From Bacteroidota bacterium (GTDB lineage Bacteria > Bacteroidota > Bacteroidia > Chitinophagales > JADIYW01), in assembly GCA_020436225.1 (NCBI GenBank), contig JAGQYE010000024.1:11051-75050 (forward strand): a stretch of DNA of 64,000 nt, in the 5' to 3' direction. Position numbers and translations under genes: made by a program. The notes under the pieces were generated by a model. It did no database searches. It worked only from the letters and a program-made list of their open reading frames with translations, and was not told the DNA's origin. Each line of letters opens with the position of its first letter. Positions within the stretch are counted from its first letter, which is position 1. Of this stretch, positions 1-9,412 are shown piece after piece.

Positions 1-47
1 TCTTCGTCATTCCAACCTGATAATTCTTTATATGCTACTGTTGCCAT
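1..47 (-). CDS. rpmC: 50S ribosomal protein L29, N-terminal fragment (runs off window)
   Basis: ATG at 47 on the minus strand, 12 nt after the rplP stop, reads MATVAYKELSGWNDE.... Its position after rplP matches S10-operon order. Too short for sequence certainty. Confidence 0.45.
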   Translation of the reverse strand, partial: MATVAYKELSGWNDE

Positions 48-59
48 AGTTTTTAAATT

Positions 60-482
60 TTAATTTCCGTCGTAATCTCTTCTTATTACAAATTTGGTTA
101 ATACAGGCAATTTTTGAGCAGCTAATGCTAGAGATTCTTGAGCGATTTGTTTAGAAACGCCTTCAATCTCAAACATGATTCTTCCTGGTTTCACTACTGC
201 CACCCAATGATCTAAAGAACCTTTTCCTTTACCCATACGCACCTCTGCCGGTTTTTTAGTGATAGGTTTATCCGGGAAGATATTAATCCAAACTTTTCCT
301 TCACGTTTCATGTGTCGAGTTAATGCAATACGAGCAGCTTCAATTTGTCTGTCTGTTATCCAGCATTCTTCCAATGACTTTAATCCGAATGAGCCGAAAG
401 ATAATTGCGAACCTTTGTACGCAATGCCTTTCATTTTCATTTTATGGACTCTTCTAAATTTTACTCTTTTCGGTTGTAACAT
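60..482 (-). CDS. rplP: 50S ribosomal protein L16
   Basis: 140-aa ORF starting [11 protein letters not shown] with ...RMGKGKG..., typical of L16. Operon position between rpsC and rpmC. Confidence 0.95.
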   Translation of the reverse strand: MLQPKRVKFRRVHKMKMKGIAYKGSQLSFGSFGLKSLEECWITDRQIEAARIALTRHMKREGKVWINIFPDKPITKKPAEVRMGKGKGSLDHWVAVVKPGRIMFEIEGVSKQIAQESLALAAQKLPVLTKFVIRRDYDGN

Positions 483-542
483 AACACCACTTATTTTTGA
501 TTATAGATTTTAGATTACTATCTTTCTTCCTATCTCTTTTTA

Positions 543-1304
543 TTAATGTTTTTTTCTTTGTCCTCTACCTTCTGATCTTTCGCCTCTTGGTTTTCCGCCA
601 CCTCTTCTTTCGCCACCGCTACGTCTTTCTGGTCTCTTTGAACCTTCTTCTGCGCCGACGTTTGGAGATAAATCGCGTTTTGTAAATACTTCGCCTTTAC
701 AAATCCAAACTTTCACACCTATTTTACCGTAGATAGTTTCTGCTTCTTTCCAAGCATAATCGATATCTGCTCTGAATGTATGTAATGGTGTTCTACCTTC
801 TTTATACTCTTCACTTCTTGCCATCTCAGCACCACCTAAACGACCAGAACATTTAACTTTAATGCCTTCTATTCCTAAACGCATAGCTGAAGCAATCGCC
901 ATTTTTACAGCTCTACGGAAATTTACACGAGCTTCTAATTGTTTACAAATTGTTTCACCAACGATAGCAGCATCTATTTCAGGTCTTCTAATCTCGATGA
1001 TATTAATTTGTACATCTTTTTGAGTGATTTTCTCAATTTCTTTTTTGATAGTATCAACTTCTTTTCCTTCTTTTCCAATGATGATTCCCGGACGTGAAGT
1101 ATGAATAGAAATTGTAATTCTGTTTAGTGTACGTTCAATAACAATCTTAGCGATGCCACCTTTTTGGATACGACCATTCAAATATTTACGAATAGTTTGG
1201 TCTTCAATTAATTTATCGCTGAAATCTTTACCGCCATACCAATTAGAATCCCATCCTCGGATGATACCTAATCTATTTACTATCGGGTTAATCTTTTGTC
1301 CCAT
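543..1304 (-). CDS. rpsC: 30S ribosomal protein S3 with Arg/Gly/Lys-rich C-terminal tail
   Basis: MGQKINPI...GIIRGWDS N-terminus and a KH-domain region. The tail [30 protein letters not shown] fits Bacteroidota-type S3. Confidence 0.95.
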   Translation of the reverse strand: MGQKINPIVNRLGIIRGWDSNWYGGKDFSDKLIEDQTIRKYLNGRIQKGGIAKIVIERTLNRITISIHTSRPGIIIGKEGKEVDTIKKEIEKITQKDVQINIIEIRRPEIDAAIVGETICKQLEARVNFRRAVKMAIASAMRLGIEGIKVKCSGRLGGAEMARSEEYKEGRTPLHTFRADIDYAWKEAETIYGKIGVKVWICKGEVFTKRDLSPNVGAEEGSKRPERRSGGERRGGGKPRGERSEGRGQRKKH

Positions 1305-1320
1305 TTATATCTTTTTTATT

Positions 1321-1755
1321 TTAATTATTTTCTGCTTCAGTTGTTTCTTCTACTACTTCCGGTTGAAGACGGCTTGCCAATTGTATGCTAATATGGTTAG
1401 AGCGTTTACGAATTCTGTATGCTCTACCTTGTGGTGCCGGTTGGAATCTTTTTAAGATTCTTGCGCTATCCACTTTTACTTCTTTAACGAACAACTCGCT
1501 ATCTTCTACTTTAGAATCAAATTTTTGTTCCCAATTTTTCAATGCTGTGTTCAATAATTTTTCTAAAGTTTTTGAAGCATGTTTAGTTGAAAAGGTTAAT
1601 ATATTTAATGCTTCAAATACGTCCTTTCCGCGAATCACATCTGCCAATAATCTCATTTTACGAGGAGAAGTAGGCACGTTTGTAGCACGAGCGATGCAAT
1701 TTTGCTTTCTAGCTTCTTTTCTAGCTTCTGCAGCTAATCTTTTTCTTTGACCCAT
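1321..1755 (-). CDS. rplV: 50S ribosomal protein L22
   Basis: 144-aa ORF between rpsS and rpsC with SPRKMRLLADVIRGK and an RILKRFQPAPQGRAYRIRKRSNHI core. Confidence 0.93.
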   Translation of the reverse strand: MGQRKRLAAEARKEARKQNCIARATNVPTSPRKMRLLADVIRGKDVFEALNILTFSTKHASKTLEKLLNTALKNWEQKFDSKVEDSELFVKEVKVDSARILKRFQPAPQGRAYRIRKRSNHISIQLASRLQPEVVEETTEAENN

Positions 1756-1765
1756 GGCTTAATGC

Positions 1766-2032
1766 TTATTTTCTGTTACCTGAATGTCCTTTAAATTGTC
1801 TTGTTGGAGAAAATTCTCCTAATTTATGACCTACCATATTTTCGGTGATATAAACCGGAATAAATTTATTTCCATTATGTACCGCGAATGTATGTCCTAC
1901 GAAATCAGGCGTTATCATAGAGGCACGAGACCATGTTTTGATAACCGATTTTTTAGATGACGCATTCATTGCATCTACTTTTTCTTGAAGATGATATGCT
2001 ATATATGGTCCTTTTTTTAAACTTCTTGCCAT
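1766..2032 (-). CDS. rpsS: 30S ribosomal protein S19
   Basis: 88 aa, [10 protein letters not shown]...[11 protein letters not shown] motif. Confidence 0.95.
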   Translation of the reverse strand: MARSLKKGPYIAYHLQEKVDAMNASSKKSVIKTWSRASMITPDFVGHTFAVHNGNKFIPVYITENMVGHKLGEFSPTRQFKGHSGNRK

Positions 2033-2042
2033 TCTCTAATTA

Positions 2043-2867
2043 TTATTTTTTAGCTCTTGAAATTATATATTTATTAGAAGCTTTGGTTTTACTTCTAGTT
2101 TTTAAACCTTTAGCCGGAATACCTTTTCTTGAACGTGGATGTCCACCTGAAGCTCTACCTTCACCACCGCCCATTGGGTGATCAACCGGGTTCATTACAA
2201 CCGCACGAGTACGAGGTCTTCTACCAGCCCAACGATTTGCACCAGCTTTTCCTTTTACTTCCAAGCTATGATCCGGATTTGAAACAGTACCAATAGTTGC
2301 TAAGCAAGTGCCTAAAATTTGGCGTGCTTCACCGGAAGGCAATTTCAAGTTTACATATTTGCCATCTTTACCGGAAAGTTGTGCATACGTTCCTGCACTT
2401 CTACAAATGGCAGCTCCTTTACCAGGTTGCAATTCAATGTTGTGAATAATTGAACCTAATGGCATATTTGCAACAGGTAATGCATTTCCTACTTCGGGAG
2501 ATACTTTTTGTCCTGAAATAATTTCTTGACCAACTTTTAAACCAACAGGTGCAAGAATGTATTTTTTCTCTCCATCTTTATACACAACTAATGCGATAAA
2601 TGCTGAACGATTTGGATCGTATTCTATAGTTTTTACTGTTGCAGCAATATCGAATTTATTTCTTTTAAAGTCGATTAAACGATATTGACGTTTATGACCT
2701 CCACCAATATAGCGCATGGTCATTTCCCCTTTTTGATTACGACCACCAGTTCTTTTATTAGAAATAATTAAAGACTTTTCCGGTTTATTGGTTGTAATTT
2801 CAGCAAAAGAATTAGAAATTCTATATCTTAAACTGGGTGTAATCGGTTTATATTTTTTAGTTGCCAT
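2043..2867 (-). CDS. rplB: 50S ribosomal protein L2
   Basis: 274 aa with [15 protein letters not shown] and [14 protein letters not shown] motifs. Confidence 0.96.
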   Translation of the reverse strand: MATKKYKPITPSLRYRISNSFAEITTNKPEKSLIISNKRTGGRNQKGEMTMRYIGGGHKRQYRLIDFKRNKFDIAATVKTIEYDPNRSAFIALVVYKDGEKKYILAPVGLKVGQEIISGQKVSPEVGNALPVANMPLGSIIHNIELQPGKGAAICRSAGTYAQLSGKDGKYVNLKLPSGEARQILGTCLATIGTVSNPDHSLEVKGKAGANRWAGRRPRTRAVVMNPVDHPMGGGEGRASGGHPRSRKGIPAKGLKTRSKTKASNKYIISRAKK

Positions 2868-2880
2868 TCTTCTTTATCTT

Positions 2881-3171
2881 TTAAATTTCGTTGTAGAAAT
2901 CAATTACTTCTCCTTTTGCTACTTTTACGATTGCTTTTTTATAACTGCTTTTTCTACCAGAAATAATTCTTGATTTCGTATTTCTATTTTTAGGTTTAGA
3001 AGCATTTATTGTAGTATTTACGCCTTCTACATTTACGCCATACATTTTTTCTACAGCTTTTTTAATTTCTACTTTGTTTGCCTTTTTGTCCACCAAAAAA
3101 GTATATTTTCCTGCTTTTTCTGATAATGCAGATGCTTTTTCGGTTATTAAAGGTTTTTTCAGAATTTCCAT
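2881..3171 (-). CDS. rplW: 50S ribosomal protein L23
   Basis: 96 aa, ILKKPLITEKAS..., positioned between rplD and rplB. Confidence 0.92.
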   Translation of the reverse strand: MEILKKPLITEKASALSEKAGKYTFLVDKKANKVEIKKAVEKMYGVNVEGVNTTINASKPKNRNTKSRIISGRKSSYKKAIVKVAKGEVIDFYNEI

Positions 3172-3176
3172 TCTAT

Positions 3177-3803
3177 TTAATTTTGAGTATTTGCTAATGC
3201 TTCAATAGATTTTTCACTAATTAAAATCATATTGTTATTCATAATTTCATAAGTATTCAAGCTATCTGCAATGGCAATTGCTGCTCCTTGAATATTTCTG
3301 CTTGATAAATAAACGTTGTCATTTAATTCAGGCAAAACCAATAATGATTTTTTGTTTTCTAAGCCAAACGCTTGCAAAAATTTGGTATATTCTTTTGTTT
3401 TTGGTGCATCAAAAGAAAAATCCTCGATAATTTTAATTGCACTATCTGCTACTTTTGCAGATAAAGCAGAACTTTTAGCTAATGTTTTTACTTTTTTATT
3501 TAATTTAAAATCGTAGAAACGTGGACGAGGACCGAAGATGCGTGCACCACCTTTAAACAAAGGGTTTTTGATGCTTCCTTTTCTTGAGCCACCTGTTCCT
3601 TTTTGTTTGTGTAATTTTCTGGTAGAGCCGGACAATTCAGACTTTTCTTTAGCCTTGTGTGTACCACTTCTTCTGCCTGCTAAATATTGTTTAACAGCTA
3701 AGTAGATAACGTGCTCATTTGGTTCGATACCAAATACATCGTCCGGCAGTTCCACACTACGTCCTGTTGCTTGACCGTTAATATTATAAACTTCTGCTTT
3801 CAT
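3177..3803 (-). CDS. rplD: 50S ribosomal protein L4
   Basis: 208 aa with KQKGTGGSRKGS motif. Operon order fits. Confidence 0.93.
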   Translation of the reverse strand: MKAEVYNINGQATGRSVELPDDVFGIEPNEHVIYLAVKQYLAGRRSGTHKAKEKSELSGSTRKLHKQKGTGGSRKGSIKNPLFKGGARIFGPRPRFYDFKLNKKVKTLAKSSALSAKVADSAIKIIEDFSFDAPKTKEYTKFLQAFGLENKKSLLVLPELNDNVYLSSRNIQGAAIAIADSLNTYEIMNNNMILISEKSIEALANTQN

Positions 3804-3847
3804 TTGTTATATCTTTTCATCCTAAATTCCCGAAAGAATTTTTTGAA

Positions 3848-4468
3848 TTATTTTTTCTTTTCAATAATTACATACGAACCGTTAAATCCAGGAATTGAAC
3901 CTTTAACGATAATTAAATTTTCGTCATTCAATACTTTAACGATTTTCATATTTTGCTCTTTCACTCTGTCATTTCCCATTCTTCCGCCCATCTTCATTCC
4001 TTTCATAACGCGAGCCGGTGTTGAACAAGCACCTAATGAACCGGGCGCACGTAAACGATTGTGCTGACCGTGAGTTTGACCACCAACACCACCAAATCCA
4101 TGACGTTTAACAACACCTTGAAATCCTTTTCCTTTAGAAGTTCCGATGATGTTTACTTTTTCGCCTTCAGCCAATATTTCTGAAGTAATGATATCGCCAA
4201 CGTTCAAATTGTCCATACCTCGAAACTCTACCAATTTAGCTTTTGGTGCGCCACCTGATTTCTCGAAGTGGTTTTTCATTGGTTTAGTTGTATTTTTTTC
4301 TTTCTTATCTCCGAAACCTAATTGAATAGCATCGTAGCCATCTTTCTCTTTAGATTTCTTTTGAGTAACCACGCATGGTCCGGCTTGAATTACGGTACAT
4401 GGAATAATTGCACCGCCTTCACCGAAAATACTGGTCATACCGACTTTTGTTCCTATTAATCCTGCCAT
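3848..4468 (-). CDS. rplC: 50S ribosomal protein L3
   Basis: 206 aa, [12 protein letters not shown]...[23 protein letters not shown]. Confidence 0.95.
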   Translation of the reverse strand: MAGLIGTKVGMTSIFGEGGAIIPCTVIQAGPCVVTQKKSKEKDGYDAIQLGFGDKKEKNTTKPMKNHFEKSGGAPKAKLVEFRGMDNLNVGDIITSEILAEGEKVNIIGTSKGKGFQGVVKRHGFGGVGGQTHGQHNRLRAPGSLGACSTPARVMKGMKMGGRMGNDRVKEQNMKIVKVLNDENLIIVKGSIPGFNGSYVIIEKKK

Positions 4469-4473
4469 GACTT

Positions 4474-4779
4474 TTATACTTTTATTTCTACATCAACACC
4501 GCTTGGTAATTCTAATTTCATTAAAGCATCTACAGTTTTAGGTGTTGCGCTATAGATATCTAATAATCTTTTATACGTACATAACTTAAATTGCTCTCTG
4601 GCTACTTTATTTACGTGTGGTGATTTCAACACAGTAAATATTTTTTTGTTAGTAGGCAACGGAATTGGTCCGGTTACTACTGCGCCGGCAGAGCGAACTG
4701 TTTTTACGATTTTTTCAGCAGATTTATCTACTAAATTATGATCGTAAGATTTTAATTTTATTCTAATTTTTTGCGACAT
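4474..4779 (-). CDS. rpsJ: 30S ribosomal protein S10
   Basis: 101 aa, [14 protein letters not shown]...[10 protein letters not shown]. Confidence 0.96.
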   Translation of the reverse strand: MSQKIRIKLKSYDHNLVDKSAEKIVKTVRSAGAVVTGPIPLPTNKKIFTVLKSPHVNKVAREQFKLCTYKRLLDIYSATPKTVDALMKLELPSGVDVEIKV

Positions 4780-4791
4780 GATATATTTCTA

Positions 4792-6897
4792 TTAATCAGC
4801 TTTAACTTTAGATTTTACATTAGCCACCACTTGTTCAGTAATATTGTTTGGTGTTTGTGCATAATGTGAGAATTCCATGATAGAAGTTGCTCTACCTGAT
4901 GTTATTGTTCTCAAATCTGTAACATATCCAAACATTTCTGACAAAGGCACTTTTGCTTTAATGACGTTAGCATTATTCTTCATTTCCATACCTTCCAACA
5001 TACCTCTTCTTCTGTTCAAGTCACCCACGACATCACCTGTATTTTCTTCCGGTGTAATTACTTCCAATTTCATAATTGGCTCGAGTAATATAGGAGTAGC
5101 TTTTTTACATGCTTCACGGAATGCAAATTTCGCTGCTTGCTCAAACGAGAATGAGTCAGAGTCCACTTGGTGGAATGAACCATCATGCAAACGTACTTTT
5201 AAACTTGGCACTTCATATCCGGCTAAAACACCCGTTTTCATTGCCTCTTTAAATCCTTTTTCTACAGACGGAATAAATTCTTTCGGAATTGCACCACCAA
5301 AGATATCATTGATAAATTCTAAGCCTTCTTTTCCTTCGTCTCCAGGTCCTATTTCTACTTGAATATCAGCGAATTTACCACGACCACCGGATTGTTTTGC
5401 ATATTTTTCTCTATGGTCAACTGTCTTAGTGATTGTTTCTTTATAATTTACTTGAGGAGCGCCTTGGTTACATTCTACTTTAAACTCTCTCAATAAACGG
5501 TCAACGATGATTTCCAAGTGTAATTCACCCATTCCTGAAATTACTGTTTGTGCAGTATCTTCGTCATATCGAACTTTAAAAGTTGGGTCTTCTTCCGCTA
5601 ATTTTGCCAATGCCATACCTAATTTATCGGCATCTTTTTGAGTTTTAGGCTCAATAGCTAAACCAATAACCGGATCTGGAAACACCATAGATTCCAATAC
5701 TATTGGCGAACCTTCTGCACATAATGTATCACCTGTTCTGATATCTTTAAAGCCCACAACTGCACCAATATCACCAGCTCCTAATTTTTCAATTGGATTT
5801 TGTTTATTAGCGTGCATTTGGAAAATACGAGAAATACGTTCTTTATTCCCGCTTCTTGTATTAATGATATAAGAACCAGCATCTAAAATCCCGGAATAGG
5901 CTCTTGTAAATGCTAAACGTCCAACGTAAGGATCTGTAGCAATTTTAAAAGCTAAACCTGCAAATGGTTCGTCGTAGCTTGGTTTTCTTATAATTTCAGC
6001 ACCTGTATCAGGATGAGTTCCTTTAATATTTGGTCTATCTAATGGCGATGGCATTAATTCCATCACTAAGTCTAACATTGTTTGTACACCTTTATCTTTA
6101 AATGAAGAACCGCACAACATTGGAACGATTTTCATATCTAAACAAGCGGCACGTAATGCATCTAAAATTTCGCGTTCTGTAATGCTAGTTGGATCTTCGA
6201 AGAATTTCTCCATTAAATGATCATCATATTCAGAAACAGCTTCTAATAATTTTTCTCTCCAACTTGTAGCTTCATCCACCATATCAGCAGGAATATCCAC
6301 TACTTCATACGTCATACCTCTATCGTGTTCGTTCCAAACTATACCTCTAAAGTTGATTAAGTCAACCACGCCCTTAAAAGTATCTTCAGAACCTATTGGT
6401 AATTGTAAAGGAATAGCATTAGACCCTAACATCTTACGCACTTGTTCTACTACATTTAAGAAGTCTGCACCTGAGCGGTCCATTTTATTTACGAAACCAA
6501 TACGAGCAACATTGTAGTTATTTGCTAAACGCCAGTTGGTTTCAGATTGAGGTTCCACACCATCAACAGCAGAAAACAAGAAAACTAAACCATCCAATAC
6601 TCTTAATGAGCGGTTTACTTCCACTGTAAAGTCAACGTGTCCCGGTGTATCAATAATATTAACATGGTATTTTGTACCTCTATAATTCCACTCAACAGTT
6701 GTAGCTGCAGACGTAATCGTAATACCTCTTTCAGCTTCTTGTACCATCCAGTCCATCGTAGATGCGCCATCATGTACTTCACCTATTTTATGGTTTACAC
6801 CAGCATAAAACAAAATACGTTCTGTAGTTGTCGTTTTACCTGCATCAATGTGAGCTGCAATACCTATATTTCTTGTATATCTTAAATCGCGTGCCAT
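4792..6897 (-). CDS. fusA: Elongation factor G
   Basis: 701 aa with G-domain motifs [23 protein letters not shown] and NKMD. Followed directly by rpsJ with no tuf in between, as in Bacteroidota. Confidence 0.97.
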   Translation of the reverse strand: MARDLRYTRNIGIAAHIDAGKTTTTERILFYAGVNHKIGEVHDGASTMDWMVQEAERGITITSAATTVEWNYRGTKYHVNIIDTPGHVDFTVEVNRSLRVLDGLVFLFSAVDGVEPQSETNWRLANNYNVARIGFVNKMDRSGADFLNVVEQVRKMLGSNAIPLQLPIGSEDTFKGVVDLINFRGIVWNEHDRGMTYEVVDIPADMVDEATSWREKLLEAVSEYDDHLMEKFFEDPTSITEREILDALRAACLDMKIVPMLCGSSFKDKGVQTMLDLVMELMPSPLDRPNIKGTHPDTGAEIIRKPSYDEPFAGLAFKIATDPYVGRLAFTRAYSGILDAGSYIINTRSGNKERISRIFQMHANKQNPIEKLGAGDIGAVVGFKDIRTGDTLCAEGSPIVLESMVFPDPVIGLAIEPKTQKDADKLGMALAKLAEEDPTFKVRYDEDTAQTVISGMGELHLEIIVDRLLREFKVECNQGAPQVNYKETITKTVDHREKYAKQSGGRGKFADIQVEIGPGDEGKEGLEFINDIFGGAIPKEFIPSVEKGFKEAMKTGVLAGYEVPSLKVRLHDGSFHQVDSDSFSFEQAAKFAFREACKKATPILLEPIMKLEVITPEENTGDVVGDLNRRRGMLEGMEMKNNANVIKAKVPLSEMFGYVTDLRTITSGRATSIMEFSHYAQTPNNITEQVVANVKSKVKAD

Positions 6898-6903
6898 TTT
6901 ATT

Positions 6904-7371
6904 TTATGCTTTAAAATGAGAGAATGCTTTATTGGCTTCTGCCATTTTATGTGTATCTTCTTTTCTTTTTACTGCCGCACCTTCACCTTTGGAAGCTGCG
7001 ATTAACTCAGCGGCTAATTTATCGCCCATTGATTTTCCGTTTCTTTTACGAGAATATTGAATTAACCATCGAATAGTCATAAACAATTTTCTGTCTTCAC
7101 GAATTTGAGTTGGGATTTGAAATGTTGCTCCGCCAATTCTTCTACTTTTAACTTCTACTGAAGGCATTGCATTATCCATTGCTTTTTTCCAAATTTCGTA
7201 TCCTTCTTCATTAGTAGATTTTTTGATACGCTCCATTGCTTCGTAAAATGAAGTATAAGCTGTGCTTTTTTTACCGCCTATCATTAAATTATTCACAAAA
7301 CGAGTCACCAATGGATCTCCGTAAACTGGATCCGGTGCCAAATACCTTTTCTTTGCTTTTTGTTTTCTCAT
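6904..7371 (-). CDS. rpsG: 30S ribosomal protein S7
   Basis: 155 aa, MRKQKAKKR...[16 protein letters not shown]. Confidence 0.96.
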   Translation of the reverse strand: MRKQKAKKRYLAPDPVYGDPLVTRFVNNLMIGGKKSTAYTSFYEAMERIKKSTNEEGYEIWKKAMDNAMPSVEVKSRRIGGATFQIPTQIREDRKLFMTIRWLIQYSRKRNGKSMGDKLAAELIAASKGEGAAVKRKEDTHKMAEANKAFSHFKA

Positions 7372-7413
7372 TTTTTAAAATTATTTGTTGCTTATCACAA
7401 CTATACTATACTT

Positions 7414-7818
7414 TTATTTTTTTCCTTTTGCTGGTGCTGCTGCTCCGCCTTTTCCTTTTTTAGTTCCGTATTTAGAACGGCTTTTTTGACGATTATTTAC
7501 CCCTGCTGTATCCAATGCTCCACGAACTATATGATAACGCACACCAGGTAAATCCTTAACACGACCACCACGAATCAATACAATTGAGTGCTCTTGTAAA
7601 TTGTGTCCAACTCCCGGAATATATGCAATTACTTCAAATCGGTTTGTTAGACGCACTTTTGCCACTTTACGCAAAGCTGAGTTTGGTTTTTTAGGTGTAG
7701 TTGTATAAACACGAGTACATACTCCACGACGTTGTGGACAAGCATCTAACGCTCTTGATTTAGAAGAATATTGCAATTGTTCTCTTCCTTTTCTAACTAA
7801 TTGTTGTATTGTAGGCAT
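7414..7818 (-). CDS. rpsL: 30S ribosomal protein S12 with short Lys/Gly/Ala C-terminal tail
   Basis: [23 protein letters not shown] and [14 protein letters not shown] motifs. ATG at 7818. Confidence 0.97.
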   Translation of the reverse strand: MPTIQQLVRKGREQLQYSSKSRALDACPQRRGVCTRVYTTTPKKPNSALRKVAKVRLTNRFEVIAYIPGVGHNLQEHSIVLIRGGRVKDLPGVRYHIVRGALDTAGVNNRQKSRSKYGTKKGKGGAAAPAKGKK

Positions 7819-7851
7819 TTGCTTTAACCTTTTTTTTTAAAATTCGGACTG

Positions 7852-7883
7852 CAAAGGTAGAGATTTTGAGGTAGATTACCAAA
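7852..7883 (-). promoter_or_regulatory. Bacteroidota-type promoter of the rpsL operon (-33 TTTG, 20-nt spacer, -7 TACCTTTG)
   Basis: Minus strand reads TTTG (7883..7880), 20 nt, then TACCTTTG (7859..7852), 33 nt upstream of the rpsL ATG. This matches the TTTG / TAnnTTTG consensus. Confidence 0.6.
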
Positions 7884-7914
7884 CATAACTGTAAAGAAGA
7901 AGTTATGTTTTTTT
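7881..7914. terminator. 9-bp stem hairpin flanked by an A-run and a T-run, overlapping the rpsL -33 element
   Basis: AAACATAAC (7881..7889), 12-nt loop, GTTATGTTT (7902..7910), then TTTT. It may terminate the upstream minus-strand gene 8181..9242, although the U-tract is better on the plus strand. Confidence 0.35.
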
Positions 7915-8180
7915 GTAGTCTTACCTTCCCTACGAAGGCAGTTACTACAAGAAGATTTTTCCTAATTTTTAGGATTTCCTCCTGAAGTGGGCGCAAAGTT
8001 ACGAATTAATTCCCAATTGTGGAAAATTATTTAATATTAATTTCGAGTTAAGAATATTCAAGTTAAAAAACGTTTGAACTTATCTATTATCTCATTCAAT
8101 CTAAACTTATCTCTTTATTATTATTTAAACATTTACAGCTAAAATAGAGTAGTTAAAGGATATGAAGCGTGTATTCTGCT

Positions 8181-9242
8181 TCATGAATTAGCTCCATTTT
8201 CATTTAAAAAACGAAGATTCCATAATTTTTCGGCTTTGTTTCCAATAAACCAGAAGAATATTGCCAATATCATAAAAAAGATAGATTTATGCAGTGGCTC
8301 CCAAAAATATTCAAAATAGCGAGTTAACAAGTTTATAATAAAAAACGATAGAGATATATTGGCAATTATATAATCATTTTTCTTTAACCCAATGTACATT
8401 CCAATTACAGCTGTTAAAAATAATACAATTGCCCATACTACAAAATGAAACTGACCAACCTGTTGCCAATGTTCATATTTTGTAAAATTTCCAAAAATGG
8501 ACAACAGCCATAAAGCCGTATAAAAAATGAGTAAGCTGAATATATAATGTAACTTTTTAAAGATGTTGAGTGTCGGATGTCTTTTCACATAGAATAACAT
8601 CAAAAAGAGAACAAAACTAAATGGAATATATCTCAACAGCAGATTCATTCCGAAGAAAAACTGTTGCTCGTTCTCAAATGAAAGCGTAAAAGCGCCATAC
8701 GTCAACCCAAACATTAAGATACTTAATGCCCAAAGTGTATTCGATTTAAAATATACAGACAAACCAACATAAATTATTGTTGCAATGAAGAATATCCCAT
8801 AATATTCATTATGAAAAACATTAAAACTCTTTGCCCAATAGGTTACACTTGACAAAGATAAAAATGCGCCTAACATCAAAAAACTATTATTGGTAATAGG
8901 TGCATATAGATAAACCCTAAGGCGTTTTTTAGTCAGCCAAAAAACTAAAATGGAACAAATGCTCAAGATTATACTAAAAGTTATATCGGTTAGCTTTGTA
9001 AACTTTTCTATTAATTCTCGCAAAGTTTTATCAGACAATAATACAATTATTGCTAGTACAGCACATAAAACTGCAATAATGAATGCATATACAGCAACTA
9101 ATTTCCAATCAAATTTTCGGATTTGTAGCTGTTGCCTCATTTGTGAAGCTTGCTCTGTTGTAATAACATTTTGACTTTCCCATTCGTCGATGGCTCGTTT
9201 TAATAAATTCGAATCTTTTTTCTCTAAAAGCATATTTGGCAA
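8181..9242 (-). CDS. Polytopic membrane protein, DUF2157-like (soluble N-terminal helix then about 10 TM segments)
   Basis: 353-aa ORF, hydrophobic throughout after residue 45. The track start is TTG at 9242; ATG at 9233 (MLLEKKDS...) is an alternative. Confidence 0.7.
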   Translation of the reverse strand: MPNMLLEKKDSNLLKRAIDEWESQNVITTEQASQMRQQLQIRKFDWKLVAVYAFIIAVLCAVLAIIVLLSDKTLRELIEKFTKLTDITFSIILSICSILVFWLTKKRLRVYLYAPITNNSFLMLGAFLSLSSVTYWAKSFNVFHNEYYGIFFIATIIYVGLSVYFKSNTLWALSILMFGLTYGAFTLSFENEQQFFFGMNLLLRYIPFSFVLFLMLFYVKRHPTLNIFKKLHYIFSLLIFYTALWLLSIFGNFTKYEHWQQVGQFHFVVWAIVLFLTAVIGMYIGLKKNDYIIANISLSFFIINLLTRYFEYFWEPLHKSIFFMILAIFFWFIGNKAEKLWNLRFLNENGANS

Positions 9243-9386
9243 CTCATAATATTGAATATAAAAGAAAGAAAAATAGTTTTAATTTTTTGAAGAATATTCT
9301 TTTAAAGATGAAGAAATTTATAGTAAATAGTTTGTTATGAATACTTTAAGCTAGTAGATTTACAATATCTCCATTAAACTAATTCC

Positions 9387-9394
9387 TAACTTTG
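9387..9394 (+). promoter_or_regulatory. -7 box TAACTTTG
   Basis: Exact TAnnTTTG 18 nt upstream of the ATG at 9413. The ORF-track TTG 'start' (9392) is the TTG of this box. Confidence 0.5.
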
Positions 9395-9412
9395 TACGTT
9401 GATATTCGTAAT

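Noticed and set aside
4877-5362. 161-aa plus-strand ORF inside fusA, and similar antisense ORFs in the peptidase, TBDR and double-SDR genes
   Set aside because: They are antisense to strongly supported conserved genes and have no independent signals.
7793-7996. 67-aa minus-strand ORF upstream of rpsL
   Set aside because: It overlaps the rpsL start, promoter and hairpin, has low-complexity sequence and no plausible start context. It is most likely non-coding leader or promoter DNA.
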